Below, one piece after another: positions 37,212 to 49,801 of a stretch of DNA of 64,000 bases. This DNA comes from Chloroflexi bacterium 13_1_40CM_65_17 (GTDB lineage Bacteria; Chloroflexota; Dormibacteria; Dormibacterales; Dormibacteraceae). Position numbers and translations under genes: made by a program. Each line of letters opens with the position of its first letter. Position 1 is the stretch's first letter. The notes beneath the pieces are model-generated. The model made no database searches. It worked only from the letters and a program-made list of their open reading frames with translations, and was not told where the DNA came from. The stretch covers positions 12,825-76,824 of the forward strand of contig MNES01000084.1 in NCBI GenBank assembly GCA_001917815.1, in the 5' to 3' direction.

Positions 37212-37963
37212 TCTGCCTCGTGGTCTCCGTGGTCGTGGTCTCCGTGGTCGTGGTCCTCGTGGCCCACCTTGGGGCGCTGCGGCCGGCTGAAACTCTCCTT
37301 GAGCAGCTCCAGGCAGTCCTTCGCCAGCAATAGATAGGTATGTGAGAAGAGGTCGCGGATGTTGAGGTTGCGGGCGAGGATGATCTTGACGCCGGTCAGG
37401 TTCTCGAATGAGCGGCTCACGACGAAGTTCGGGGCCGGCAGGACGACGAGCGTCGAGTCGTCGAAACCGATGAGGTCCATCAGATTGGCGGCTTCGCTCG
37501 TTTTGGGCTCTTCGATGGCGAACCCGTCGATGACCCTGACCCGGCCCTCCGTCGCCTTCTGGCTGAGCGCGCTGCGCAAGGCCAGGCGGCGCATCTGCTT
37601 CGGCATGCGCTTGGCATAGCTTCGCGGATGCGGTCCGAACACCACCGCGCCGCCCTTCATCGACGGCTCCCTGGTCGATCCGTGCCGCGCGCGCCCCGTT
37701 CCCTTCTGGCGGTATGGCTTTGCGCCGCCGCCCGAGATTGTCGCCCGGGTCTTGGTCGAGGCCGTGCCCTGGCGAGCGTTGGCGAGCTGGCGGACGTACG
37801 CCTGGTGCATCACGGGCGTGTTCAGCTCTTCGCCGAAGATCACCTTTGGCAGCCTGACCTCGCCCTGGCGCGCGCCGGCGGAGTCGAACAGAGGGGCGTC
37901 AAGCGGATCGGCCTCCTTGCGAGCTGTCGCGGCCTTCCGCGGAGCTGTCTTACGCTCGGGCAT
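37208..37963 (-). CDS. rplD: 50S ribosomal protein L4 with His/Asp-rich C-terminal tail
   Basis: [19 protein letters not shown] core. 251 aa ending [18 protein letters not shown]. Confidence 0.94.
   Translation of the reverse strand: MPERKTAPRKAATARKEADPLDAPLFDSAGARQGEVRLPKVIFGEELNTPVMHQAYVRQLANARQGTASTKTRATISGGGAKPYRQKGTGRARHGSTREPSMKGGAVVFGPHPRSYAKRMPKQMRRLALRSALSQKATEGRVRVIDGFAIEEPKTSEAANLMDLIGFDDSTLVVLPAPNFVVSRSFENLTGVKIILARNLNIRDLFSHTYLLLAKDCLELLKESFSRPQRPKVGHEDHDHGDHDHGDHEAE
37220..37264 (-). repeat. three tandem 15-nt repeats encoding the uL4 (D/E)H(G/E)DH tail
   Basis: Plus strand: gtggtctccgtggtc, gtggtctccgtggtc, gtggtcctcgtggcc. Confidence 0.9.
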
Positions 37964-37973
37964 CAGAAGGGGC

Positions 37974-38000
37974 CCCCGAAAAATCGGAGATTTTTTGGGG
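37974..38000. repeat. 12-bp-arm hairpin repeat in the rplC-rplD spacer (related to 55966-55992)
   Basis: Plus strand CCCCGAAAAATC-GGA-GATTTTTTGGGG, with one G-T pair on the plus strand and an A-C mismatch on the minus strand. Confidence 0.7.
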
Positions 38001-38004
38001 TCAT

Positions 38005-38667
38005 TCAGACCTTCCTCCCGGTCGGCTTGCCCGCGGGGCCCTTCACCTTCTGCTTCTTGGTCGACTGCCGGACGAGCACGAGTGCGCCCTTCGCCCCCGG
38101 CACGCCGCCTTTGACGAGGATCAGGTTTCGCTCGGCGTCGATGCGGACGACCTTGTAAGCGCGGGACGTGGTGCGCTCGTTGCCCATCTGTCCCGACATC
38201 CGCACGCCCTTGAACACCCGCGCGGCGTCGGTGGCGCCGATGGCGCCGGGCTGGCGGACGTTCATGGAGCCGTGCGATTCGGGTCCGCGGCTGAACTTGT
38301 GGCGCTTGACGAGGCCCTGGAATCCCTTGCCTTTCGACGTCGAGGTGACGTCGACGAGCTCGCCCGCGGCGAAGATTTCCGCTTTGAGCTCCTGGCCGGC
38401 TTGGAGGCCGTCATAGCCACGAATCTCGACGACGTGGCGGTGTGGCTCGATGTTGGCCTTTTTGAACTCGCCGTAAGCCGGCTTCGTCAGTTTGTTTTCT
38501 TTGGTCGCTTCGTACGCGATGCGGGCGGCCGAATAGCCGTCCTTCTCCGTGGTCCGAAGTCCGAGGACGCGACATGGGCCCGCTTCGAGCACGGTCACCG
38601 CAGAGGTCGTGCCGTCGGCGTTGAAGAGCTGGGTCATGCCCAGCTTCCTCGCCAGCAATCCTTTCAT
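38005..38667 (-). CDS. rplC: 50S ribosomal protein L3
   Basis: [15 protein letters not shown]... Confidence 0.96.
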   Translation of the reverse strand: MKGLLARKLGMTQLFNADGTTSAVTVLEAGPCRVLGLRTTEKDGYSAARIAYEATKENKLTKPAYGEFKKANIEPHRHVVEIRGYDGLQAGQELKAEIFAAGELVDVTSTSKGKGFQGLVKRHKFSRGPESHGSMNVRQPGAIGATDAARVFKGVRMSGQMGNERTTSRAYKVVRIDAERNLILVKGGVPGAKGALVLVRQSTKKQKVKGPAGKPTGRKV

Positions 38668-38969
38668 GACTTGATCTCGATGCTGACGCCGGCCGGCAGG
38701 CTGAGTCGCTGCAGCGCATCTACGACGCGCGGGTTGAAGTCGAGGATGTCGACCACCCGCTTGTGCGTTCGCATCTCGAACTGCTCGCGGGAGTCCTTGT
38801 CGATGAACGGGGAGCGGATGACGGTCAGCTTGGCGATCTCGGTGGGTAACGGAATCGGTCCCGCTGTGCGCGCGTTGGCACGCCGAGCGGTGTCGATGAT
38901 CTTGTCCGCCGCCTGATCCAGCACTCTGTGGTCGTAGGCCTTGAGCCGGATCCGAATCTTTTGCGCCAC
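38664..38969 (-). CDS. rpsJ: 30S ribosomal protein S10
   Basis: [16 protein letters not shown]... SD GGGGAGGGGG upstream of the GTG. Confidence 0.96.
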   Translation of the reverse strand: MAQKIRIRLKAYDHRVLDQAADKIIDTARRANARTAGPIPLPTEIAKLTVIRSPFIDKDSREQFEMRTHKRVVDILDFNPRVVDALQRLSLPAGVSIEIKS

Positions 38970-38995
38970 TGCTGCGAGCCCCCTCCCCTATTTCT

Positions 38996-40183
<1,188 letters not shown>

Positions 40184-40196
40184 TGTTTCCTCCTAA

Positions 40197-42305
<2,109 letters not shown>

Positions 42306-42313
42306 CTCTCTGA

Positions 42314-42784
42314 TCAGTACCGGAAGTGGGAGAAAGCCTTGTTGCTTTCCGCCATCCGGTGGGTTTCTTCCTTGCGCTTGACCGCCCCGCCCGTGTTCTG
42401 GGCGGCGTCGAGGATCTCAAACGCGAGCTTCTCGGACATGCTCTTCCCGCCGCGCTGGCGGGCGAAACGCACGATCCAGCGGCGCGCGAGGGCGAGCCGG
42501 CGCTCCGGCCTGATCTCGACAGGGACCTGGTAGGTGGCGCCACCCACGCGGCGGGGCTTGACCTCCAGCAGGGGGGTGGCATTGCGCAGCGCCGACTCGA
42601 ACACCTCGAGCGGCTCCTTCTTGGCCTGCTTGCTGGCACGCGAAAGCGCGTCATAGACCACGCGCTCGGCGGTCGAACGCTTGCCGCGGCTCATGACGAC
42701 GTTCACGAACTTGGCGATCGCCTCCGACTGGTAGACGGGATCGGGCGCGATGACACGCTTGACTGGACGGCTGCGGCGAGGCAT
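42314..42784 (-). CDS. rpsG: 30S ribosomal protein S7
   Basis: [18 protein letters not shown]... TGATG junction with rpsL. Confidence 0.96.
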   Translation of the reverse strand: MPRRSRPVKRVIAPDPVYQSEAIAKFVNVVMSRGKRSTAERVVYDALSRASKQAKKEPLEVFESALRNATPLLEVKPRRVGGATYQVPVEIRPERRLALARRWIVRFARQRGGKSMSEKLAFEILDAAQNTGGAVKRKEETHRMAESNKAFSHFRY

Positions 42785-43170
42785 CAGGCTGCCGCCTTGC
42801 TCTTTTCCCGCTTGGCGCCGTACTTCGAGCGTGCCTTCTTGCGGTTCTTGGTGCCGGCGGTGTCGAGGGTGCCGCGGATGATGTGGTAGCGGACGCCCGG
42901 CAGGTCCTTGACGCGGCCGCCGCGGATGAGCACCACCGAGTGCTCCTGCAGGTTGTGGCCGATGCCCGGGATGTAGGCGGTGACCTCGATACCCGTGGTC
43001 AGCCGGACGCGGGCGACCTTGCGCAGCGCCGAGTTCGGCTTCTTTGGCGTCTGGGTATAGACGCGTACGCAGACTCCCCGCCGCTGCGGTGAGCCCTTGA
43101 GCGCGGGCGCCTTAGACTTCGACCTGGCCGCTCGGCGACCGAGGCGGACAAGCTGCTGGATGGTGGGCAA
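42784..43170 (-). CDS. rpsL: 30S ribosomal protein S12
   Basis: (L)[12 protein letters not shown]...[13 protein letters not shown] at 43170 preceded by AGGAGAA. The upstream 177 aa of the track ORF are rejected. Confidence 0.95.
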   Translation of the reverse strand: MPTIQQLVRLGRRAARSKSKAPALKGSPQRRGVCVRVYTQTPKKPNSALRKVARVRLTTGIEVTAYIPGIGHNLQEHSVVLIRGGRVKDLPGVRYHIIRGTLDTAGTKNRKKARSKYGAKREKSKAAA

Positions 43171-43239
43171 ACGGTTCTCCTGGTGACGGTTGACGACAGC
43201 TCGCAGCCCACGCGGCAATAGCCGATTGGGCGACAAACG

Positions 43240-43875
43240 ATGAGTATACCCAAAAAGCGACCCTCCCAAGCCGGGCCCGGCACGAGCCACTACTTCGATC
43301 CCGCGCCGGCCGTCCGGTCCAAGCCGCGCTCGGTTTTCCTGCATCTTGGAGAGCTCGACCTGAAGCTGCAGGCGGATCGGGGAGTCTTCGGGTCGCGGGG
43401 TGTCGATCTCGGCACCCTCGTGCTGCTTCGCGAGGCGCCCGCCCCGCCGGTGGCGGGGGACATCCTGGACCTCGGCTCGGGCTACGGGGCGATCGCCATC
43501 GCTCTGGCCAGGCAAGCCCCCGAGGCGCGGATCTGGGCAGTCGATGTCAACGAACGGGCTCTGGAGCTGACCCGAGCCAACGCCCTCTCGGCCGGGACGG
43601 CCAATGTGACCGCCGGCCTGCCTGACGAGGTGCCCGGCGGATTGCAGTTCGCGGCGATCTACTCCAACCCGCCGGTTCGGGTGGGCAAGGCGCCCCTCCA
43701 CGAGCTGCTGCTCCGCTGGCTGCCCCGGCTCGAGCCCGGCGGAAGCGCGTACCTGGTGGTGCTGCGGAACCTGGGATCGGATTCACTGGCCGCATGGCTG
43801 GCGACCCAGGGTTACGACGTACGCAGGCTCAAATCGAAGAAGGGCTACCGAATCCTCGAAGTTAGGGCCCCTTAG
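43240..43875 (+). CDS. class I SAM-dependent methyltransferase (RsmC/RsmD-like small domain)
   Basis: [16 protein letters not shown] motif and an [14 protein letters not shown] motif. Confidence 0.75.
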   Translation: MSIPKKRPSQAGPGTSHYFDPAPAVRSKPRSVFLHLGELDLKLQADRGVFGSRGVDLGTLVLLREAPAPPVAGDILDLGSGYGAIAIALARQAPEARIWAVDVNERALELTRANALSAGTANVTAGLPDEVPGGLQFAAIYSNPPVRVGKAPLHELLLRWLPRLEPGGSAYLVVLRNLGSDSLAAWLATQGYDVRRLKSKKGYRILEVRAP

Positions 43876-44888
43876 ATCTGACCGGCGAAATGGCAAGCCG
43901 CCAGCTGGCCCGCATGGCCGTGCGGTTCCAGCGGCGGCTCCTGGTCTGAGCAGATCCCCGGCGCGCGGGCGATCGGGCAGCGCGGGTGGAACCGGCATCC
44001 GGAGGGCGGGTTTACCGGCGATGGGATCTCCCCCTTCAGCGTTATCGGCGCGCGGTTCCGCTCGATGCCGGGATCGGGCACGGGTATCGAGGACAGGAGA
44101 GCACGCGTGTACGGGTGCTGTGGCGCCTCGTAGATGCTCCGCCGATCCGCCGTCTCGACCACCTTGCCGAGGTACATGACCGCGATGCGATCCGACAGGT
44201 GCCGCACCACGGCCAGGTCGTGCGCGATGAAGAGGTAGGTCAGGTGGAACTCGCGCTGCAGGTCCTGGAGCAGGTTGATGATCTGCGCCTGAATCGACAC
44301 GTCCAGGGCCGACACCGCCTCGTCGCACACGATGAATGACGGGTTCACGGCGAGCGCCCGCGCGATCCCGATTCGCTGACGCTGGCCGCCGGAGAACTCG
44401 TGCGGGTAGCGGTTCGTGAAGTTCGGATTGAGGCCGACCAGGCGCAGCAGCTCCTGGACACGAGCCATCCGCTGCTTGTGGTTGCCGATGTTGAAGTTGT
44501 CGAGCGGCTCGGCGATGATGTCGCCCACAGTCATACGCGGATCGAGGGATGCGAAGGGGTCCTGGAAGATCATCTGGATCTTGCGCCGGATCCGGCGCAG
44601 GGACCGACCCCGCAGCGTCGAGATGGTCTGGCCCTCGAAGGTGATCTTGCCGCCGGTCACCGGCAGCAGCGCGGTGATCAAGCGAGCAAGCGTCGACTTA
44701 CCGCAACCGGATTCCCCCACCAGCCCCATCGTCTCGCCCCGCCGGATCTCCAGGTCGACCCCGTCGACCGCGCGCACGGACAGCCCCCCCAGTCCACCGA
44801 CCGGAAAGTACTTGTACGCCCCCTCGACGCGGAGGATGATCGGGTCGGTCTTGGCGACCGTCGCGGCCTGACGCTCAGCTGCCTGCAC
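43872..44888 (-). CDS. oligopeptide/dipeptide ABC transporter ATP-binding protein (OppF/DppF-like)
   Basis: Walker [10 protein letters not shown], signature FSGGQRQR and a C-terminal Cys-rich oligopeptide domain. Confidence 0.9.
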   Translation of the reverse strand: MQAAERQAATVAKTDPIILRVEGAYKYFPVGGLGGLSVRAVDGVDLEIRRGETMGLVGESGCGKSTLARLITALLPVTGGKITFEGQTISTLRGRSLRRIRRKIQMIFQDPFASLDPRMTVGDIIAEPLDNFNIGNHKQRMARVQELLRLVGLNPNFTNRYPHEFSGGQRQRIGIARALAVNPSFIVCDEAVSALDVSIQAQIINLLQDLQREFHLTYLFIAHDLAVVRHLSDRIAVMYLGKVVETADRRSIYEAPQHPYTRALLSSIPVPDPGIERNRAPITLKGEIPSPVNPPSGCRFHPRCPIARAPGICSDQEPPLEPHGHAGQLAACHFAGQI

Positions 44889-45939
44889 CGGGAATCTCCT
44901 GCAGCTTCTTCGCCGCCTCTTCTGAAATGACGACCTGCTTGGTCACCTCAGCAGCCTCTTCAGGCACGTTGCGCATCAGCACCCAGCATCGGGCGACCTG
45001 GTTCGGAGCGACCTCCGCCAGCTCCGGCTCCTCGCGCTTGCAGCGGTCGATGACAAACGGGCAGCGTGGGTGGAACTTGCAACCGGGGGGCGCATTCGAC
45101 AGGTCAGGCGGCAAGCCCTTGATGCTGACGAGCCGATCCTTGCGCAGCTCGTCGACCCTGGGTACCGAGCGCAGCAGCGACCATGTATAGGGGTGCTGCG
45201 GGCTCTTGAAGATCCGCTCCACCGGGCCCTCTTCCACCACCCGGCCGGCGTACATGACGACGACGCGCTCGCAGAGGCTCGCGACAAGCGCCATGTTGTG
45301 GGTGATGAGCATCATGGCGGTGCCGAGCTCACGATTGAGCTGCTTCAGGAGGTCGATGATCTGGGCCTGGACGGTGACGTCGAGCGCGGTCGTCGGCTCG
45401 TCGGCGATCAGGAGCGAGGGTTCGTTGGCAAGACCCATGGCGATCATGGCGCGCTGGCGCATTCCTCCTGAGAACTGGTGCGGGTAGTCGCTGACGCGGC
45501 GCTCAGCAGCCGGTACGCGAACCCGCTTGAGCAGCTGGATCCCCCGTACCCCCGCTTCCTGCGGCGAAAAGCGCTTATGGGCCGTCATCGCCTCTTCGAT
45601 TTGCGAGCCGATCTTCGTGACCGGGTTCAGCGACGTCATAGGGTCCTGGAAGATCATCGCGACGTCGTTGCCCCGGAAGTCCCTGATCTCGTCGTCGGTC
45701 ATCTTCGTGACATCTCGGCCCCGGAACAAGATCCGCCCCGACGTGATCCGGCCTGGATCCGGCACCAGCCGGAGGACGGAGAGCGCCGTCATGGTCTTGC
45801 CGCATCCTGACTCGCCGACCACGCCCAGGGTCTCGCCGGCGTCGATATGCAGGCTCACCCCATCCACCGCGCGCACCACTCCGCGTCGCGTGAAGAACTG
45901 GGTGTGCAGATCCTCGACCTGCAGCAGCGTTTGAGCCAC
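44875..45939 (-). CDS. oligopeptide/dipeptide ABC transporter ATP-binding protein (OppD/DppD-like)
   Basis: [16 protein letters not shown] and a C-terminal [10 protein letters not shown] motif. Confidence 0.9.
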   Translation of the reverse strand: MAQTLLQVEDLHTQFFTRRGVVRAVDGVSLHIDAGETLGVVGESGCGKTMTALSVLRLVPDPGRITSGRILFRGRDVTKMTDDEIRDFRGNDVAMIFQDPMTSLNPVTKIGSQIEEAMTAHKRFSPQEAGVRGIQLLKRVRVPAAERRVSDYPHQFSGGMRQRAMIAMGLANEPSLLIADEPTTALDVTVQAQIIDLLKQLNRELGTAMMLITHNMALVASLCERVVVMYAGRVVEEGPVERIFKSPQHPYTWSLLRSVPRVDELRKDRLVSIKGLPPDLSNAPPGCKFHPRCPFVIDRCKREEPELAEVAPNQVARCWVLMRNVPEEAAEVTKQVVISEEAAKKLQEIPGAGS

Positions 45940-45956
45940 TGAACGGTACTTTAGCT

Positions 45957-46871
45957 TTAGCGCTTCATACGGGGGTCGAGAGCGTCGCGCAAGCCGTCAC
46001 CGACGAAGGAGAAGGCAAGCAGGGTGAAGCCGATGGCCAGCGCGGGGAAGACAACCGAGGTCGGGTTAGCGTAGATATTCTCATAGCCGTCGAACACCAT
46101 CTGGCCCCAGGTCGGCGTGGGTGGCTGGATGCCTACGCCCAGAAAGCTGAGTACGGCCTCGAGGAAGATCGCCTGCGGGATGCCGAACGTGAGCGTCACG
46201 ATGATCGGCCCCAACGAGTTGGGCAGCAGGTGCTTGAGGATCAACTTCGCCGGTGCCGATCCCGACGACCGGGCGGCCTCGATGAACTCCTTTTCTTTGA
46301 TGGACAGGACCTGGCCGCGGACCAGCCGGGCAAGGCCGACCCAGTTCACCAATGCGATCGCGCCGAAGATGGTCAGAAGGCTCGGTCCGAAGACCGAGAC
46401 CACCACCAGGACAAACAGCAGGTCGGGGAATGCATACCAGATGTCCGTGAAGCGCATCAGCAGGTTGTCGATCCGGCCGCCGAAGTAACCCGCCGTCAAG
46501 CCGATGGCGAGACCGATGGGCAGGATGATGGCCTGCACAAAGATGCCGACAGCGAGCGAGACCCTACTGCCGAAAAGCAAACGGCTCAGAGTGTCGCGGC
46601 CGAGCTCGTCAGCGCCGAAGGCGTATCCATTCTGGCCGGGAGCCGCCTCGATGAATTCGACATGCTGCTTCAGCGGGTCCGCAATGAGGTGGAGTTGCAC
46701 AAGGAGGGGCGAGCCGAATGCGATCAGGACGAGGAGAAGGACTACGGCGGCGCCGGCAATCGCTAGCCGGTTGCGCCGAAAACGCTGCAGCGCGTCGCTC
46801 CAGAGGCCGATCTGCTGCTCGGGGACCTCCCACTGTCCCAGCTGCTCAATGGTCGCTGCGGGAAGGGCCAC
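45957..46871 (-). CDS. ABC transporter permease (OppC/DppC-like)
   Basis: 304 aa, 6-TM pattern, EAA-like loop (FIEAARSSG). Confidence 0.88.
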   Translation of the reverse strand: MALPAATIEQLGQWEVPEQQIGLWSDALQRFRRNRLAIAGAAVVLLLVLIAFGSPLLVQLHLIADPLKQHVEFIEAAPGQNGYAFGADELGRDTLSRLLFGSRVSLAVGIFVQAIILPIGLAIGLTAGYFGGRIDNLLMRFTDIWYAFPDLLFVLVVVSVFGPSLLTIFGAIALVNWVGLARLVRGQVLSIKEKEFIEAARSSGSAPAKLILKHLLPNSLGPIIVTLTFGIPQAIFLEAVLSFLGVGIQPPTPTWGQMVFDGYENIYANPTSVVFPALAIGFTLLAFSFVGDGLRDALDPRMKR

Positions 46872-47900
46872 CTAGGTCAGCCTCACCCGAGGATCGATGA
46901 ACACGTAGGCAACGTCTACGACGAGGTTCGCCACCGCGATCACCAGTGAGAAGAGCACCGTGGTGCCGAGGATCATCGGGTAGTCCCGCGATTCGATCGC
47001 GACGACGAACGCGCGGCCGATCCCGGGGATGCTGAAGACGGTCTCGACGATCACCGACCCGGTGACAAGGAACGCGAATGTCGGACCGAGGGTGGTTACG
47101 ACGGGAATCAGCGAGTTCTTCAGCACGTGCCTGGTGACTACAAGCCGCTCTGGCAGCCCCTTTGCCCAGGCCGTGCGCACGAAATCCTGCCGGATCGCCT
47201 CGAGCGTGCTGGCGCGTGTGAGCCGAGCCGTGTAGGCGATCGGAAGCAAGGCGAGCGTGAGCACTGGCATGATCAAGTGATCGTCGAGAGCAAATCCCGC
47301 GGTCGGGAGAAAGAAGTTACCCCCGGTTGCCCTATAGGACAGGACCCCGAACACGACCACCATCAGGGCGCCGATCACAAAGTTTGGAAACGAGGCGGCG
47401 ACGGTGGCAAAACCCATCGTGATGTAGTCGATCCGCGTGTTCTGCCGGAGCGCCGCGAGGACCCCCAGGCCGACTCCCACCGGGATGATCAACAAGAACG
47501 CAAGCACCCCGATCGTGGCGGTGTAAGGCCAGCTCTCGAGCAGAAGCCCCGACACGGTCTTGTTCTGGTACTGGTACGAAAGCCCGAAGTCGAAGTGGAT
47601 GACGCTCCAGAGGTAAAGGACGAACTGCTGTGTCACAGGCTTGTTCAGGCCGTACCTGATGTTCAGGTTGTTGATCACGGTGTCAGAGAGCTGACGGCCG
47701 CCCGCCTTGTCCCAGGGACTTCCCGGCGCCAGGTGCATGAGCGTGAAGGTGATGAGGATCACGAAGAACAGGATCGGCGCCATCCAGAGGATTCGTCTGA
47801 CGATGAAGATGGCGAGGCTGCCTGTTCTGGTGCTCGTGATCGCCGACAGCTGGGAAGGCAGCAGGGCGCCCCGCGTGGGACGCCCTGCTGTTACTGCCAA
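46872..47900 (-). CDS. ABC transporter permease (OppB/DppB-like)
   Basis: 342 aa, multi-TM. FVRTAWAKGL EAA loop. Start uncertain. Confidence 0.88.
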   Translation of the reverse strand: MAVTAGRPTRGALLPSQLSAITSTRTGSLAIFIVRRILWMAPILFFVILITFTLMHLAPGSPWDKAGGRQLSDTVINNLNIRYGLNKPVTQQFVLYLWSVIHFDFGLSYQYQNKTVSGLLLESWPYTATIGVLAFLLIIPVGVGLGVLAALRQNTRIDYITMGFATVAASFPNFVIGALMVVVFGVLSYRATGGNFFLPTAGFALDDHLIMPVLTLALLPIAYTARLTRASTLEAIRQDFVRTAWAKGLPERLVVTRHVLKNSLIPVVTTLGPTFAFLVTGSVIVETVFSIPGIGRAFVVAIESRDYPMILGTTVLFSLVIAVANLVVDVAYVFIDPRVRLT

Positions 47901-47913
47901 TTCGGTTGTTTTC

Positions 47914-49614
47914 CTAGTGCTGCGTGATGTACGCCTGGTTATACCTGCCGTCGCCAGGCAGGTTCTGGTCGTCCGTAGTGGTGACGGTCAGGCCCTGCAC
48001 ATAAGGCTTGATCAGGTCGTACTCGTAAGGCTGGTACATGAAACCAACGACCGCGTTGTCGATGAGCTTCTTCTGGGCCTGGGAGTACCCCTGGGCGCGC
48101 TTCGTCTTGTCGGACTCCGCGTCTGCCTTGTTCACCAGATCATCGTAAGAGGTATCGCTGACACAGCCCCAGTTGAGGCTGTGGCACGAGCCGGTCACGA
48201 AGATGTCAAACCAGTCCTGCTGGTCCGGGTAGTCGCTGATCCATCCGTCGAGGCCATAGATGTCGAACTGGCCCTTGCGGATGTTCCTGGTCACAGTCTT
48301 GCTGTCGATGACATCCAATTGGATGGTGACGCCGAGGTTGGTGCTCCATTGGTCGGCGAGGAACTGGTTCAGCGTCTTGCTAGCTGTCGAGTTGCGGGTA
48401 ATCAACTTCATCTTCGCCAGCTGTGCCGCCTTGCCCGAGTCGGCGAGCAACTTCTTGGCCGCCGCGGGGTCGAAACTCTGTGCGTTATCTGATGTGTCGT
48501 ATCCGTTCATGCCCTTGGGGATGAACGTCCCGAGGGACTTACCGTTGCCGTGCTCGATGTCGTTGACGAGCTTGTCGCGGTCGATCGACTTGGACAGCGC
48601 CATGCGCACGTTCTTGTCGTCAAGTGGCGCTCGCGTCGAGTTGTACGAGATCCAGTACTGGCTGAGGGTTGGGATCAGCTTCGCTTCCTTGCTCAGCTTG
48701 GGATCGTTGCGCACGACGGTGACGTCGGCGAGCGGTACGCCGATGATGTCAAGCGCGCCGGTCTGGTACTGCGAGTAGGCCGTGTTGCCGTCCGAGATCT
48801 CGTAAAGGACGATCTGCTGGAGGTGCGGCGCCGGGGCCCAGTAGTTCGGGTTCGGCACCAGCGTCACGTGGTCCTTGGACGCGATCTCTTTGATCTTGTA
48901 TGGCCCGTTGCCGATGATGGTCGATGCATTGTTTGCCCAGGCCTCGGCCTTCGTTGCGTCGGTCGACGCGAACGAACCGCCGGCGGCCTGCTCGATGATG
49001 TCCTTGCGCAGCGGGACAGCCATCCAGAGCGTCGCCACCCACTTGAAGTAGGCGGCCGGATGGTCGAGGGCGACTACGAATGTCTTGTCGTCTGGCGCGG
49101 ACAGTCCTAGGCCATTGAGGTACGCGTCGATAGCGCTGGCGCTGCTAACGTCGACGCTGCCGTAGGTGCCTGCACCCTTGATCGTGAGGTCGAAAAATGG
49201 GTCAACGTAGCCGGCGGCCAGCGCGGGGTTGAGGAAGTGCTTCCATCCGTAGACCCAGTCACTGGCGACCACCGGCTTGCCGTCGCTCCATTTCTCGTTC
49301 GTTCGCAGGTGGAACGTGTACGTCAGGCCATCCGAAGAAACGTCGTAGCTCGTCGCGCCCAGCGGCTCGACGTCGCTCGAGTCTGCCTTCGCCCGGAAAA
49401 GGCTGTCGAATGTCTGAATGCCAACGGCTCGCTCATACGTATATGTCTGCTGGGTCGGGTCGAAGCTGTTCGGCTCCACGCCGTTGTTGGCGCGAAGTAT
49501 CTGCTGGTCGGCGGGGGCGAGGTTCAGGCTCGGGGCGTTGCTTCCACCGCAAGCCGCAACCACTACCGCCACCGACACGAGCGCCGTCGCTCGAAGGTGG
49601 TTGCCTAACTGCAT
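47914..49614 (-). CDS. peptide ABC transporter substrate-binding lipoprotein (family 5 SBP)
   Basis: Signal peptide with lipobox VVAAC. The ATG at 49614 is preceded by GAGAGGTAAG. Confidence 0.85.
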   Translation of the reverse strand: MQLGNHLRATALVSVAVVVAACGGSNAPSLNLAPADQQILRANNGVEPNSFDPTQQTYTYERAVGIQTFDSLFRAKADSSDVEPLGATSYDVSSDGLTYTFHLRTNEKWSDGKPVVASDWVYGWKHFLNPALAAGYVDPFFDLTIKGAGTYGSVDVSSASAIDAYLNGLGLSAPDDKTFVVALDHPAAYFKWVATLWMAVPLRKDIIEQAAGGSFASTDATKAEAWANNASTIIGNGPYKIKEIASKDHVTLVPNPNYWAPAPHLQQIVLYEISDGNTAYSQYQTGALDIIGVPLADVTVVRNDPKLSKEAKLIPTLSQYWISYNSTRAPLDDKNVRMALSKSIDRDKLVNDIEHGNGKSLGTFIPKGMNGYDTSDNAQSFDPAAAKKLLADSGKAAQLAKMKLITRNSTASKTLNQFLADQWSTNLGVTIQLDVIDSKTVTRNIRKGQFDIYGLDGWISDYPDQQDWFDIFVTGSCHSLNWGCVSDTSYDDLVNKADAESDKTKRAQGYSQAQKKLIDNAVVGFMYQPYEYDLIKPYVQGLTVTTTDDQNLPGDGRYNQAYITQH

Positions 49615-49730
49615 ACGCGTCTTACCTCTCAGGTTCTGATCCTGCAGCCTTCTTCCCGTTAGCCGTCTCACGGGGCGAGAGTGCGCCGGCAGCAGGTCTT
49701 ACTCACACAGCCTCTTCGGCTACGAAATGA

Positions 49731-49760
49731 ATTCTGTTGTGACCCACCTCTGAGTGTCAA
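49731..49760 (-). promoter_or_regulatory. putative promoter for the downstream SBP-permease-ATPase genes
   Basis: Minus strand TTGACA-N18-CAGAAT in the 187-nt spacer. Motif match only. Confidence 0.35.
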
Positions 49761-49801
49761 GTCAGATAGGAGGTGACATGGTCGAACGTCTGTTTGGGCA
49801 C

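Noticed and set aside
43171-43701. N-terminal 177 aa of the 305-aa track ORF that contains rpsL
   Set aside because: S12 starts at the TTG at 43170 (LPTIQQLVR), preceded by AGGAGAA. The upstream part is antisense to the methyltransferase gene and has no S12 homology.
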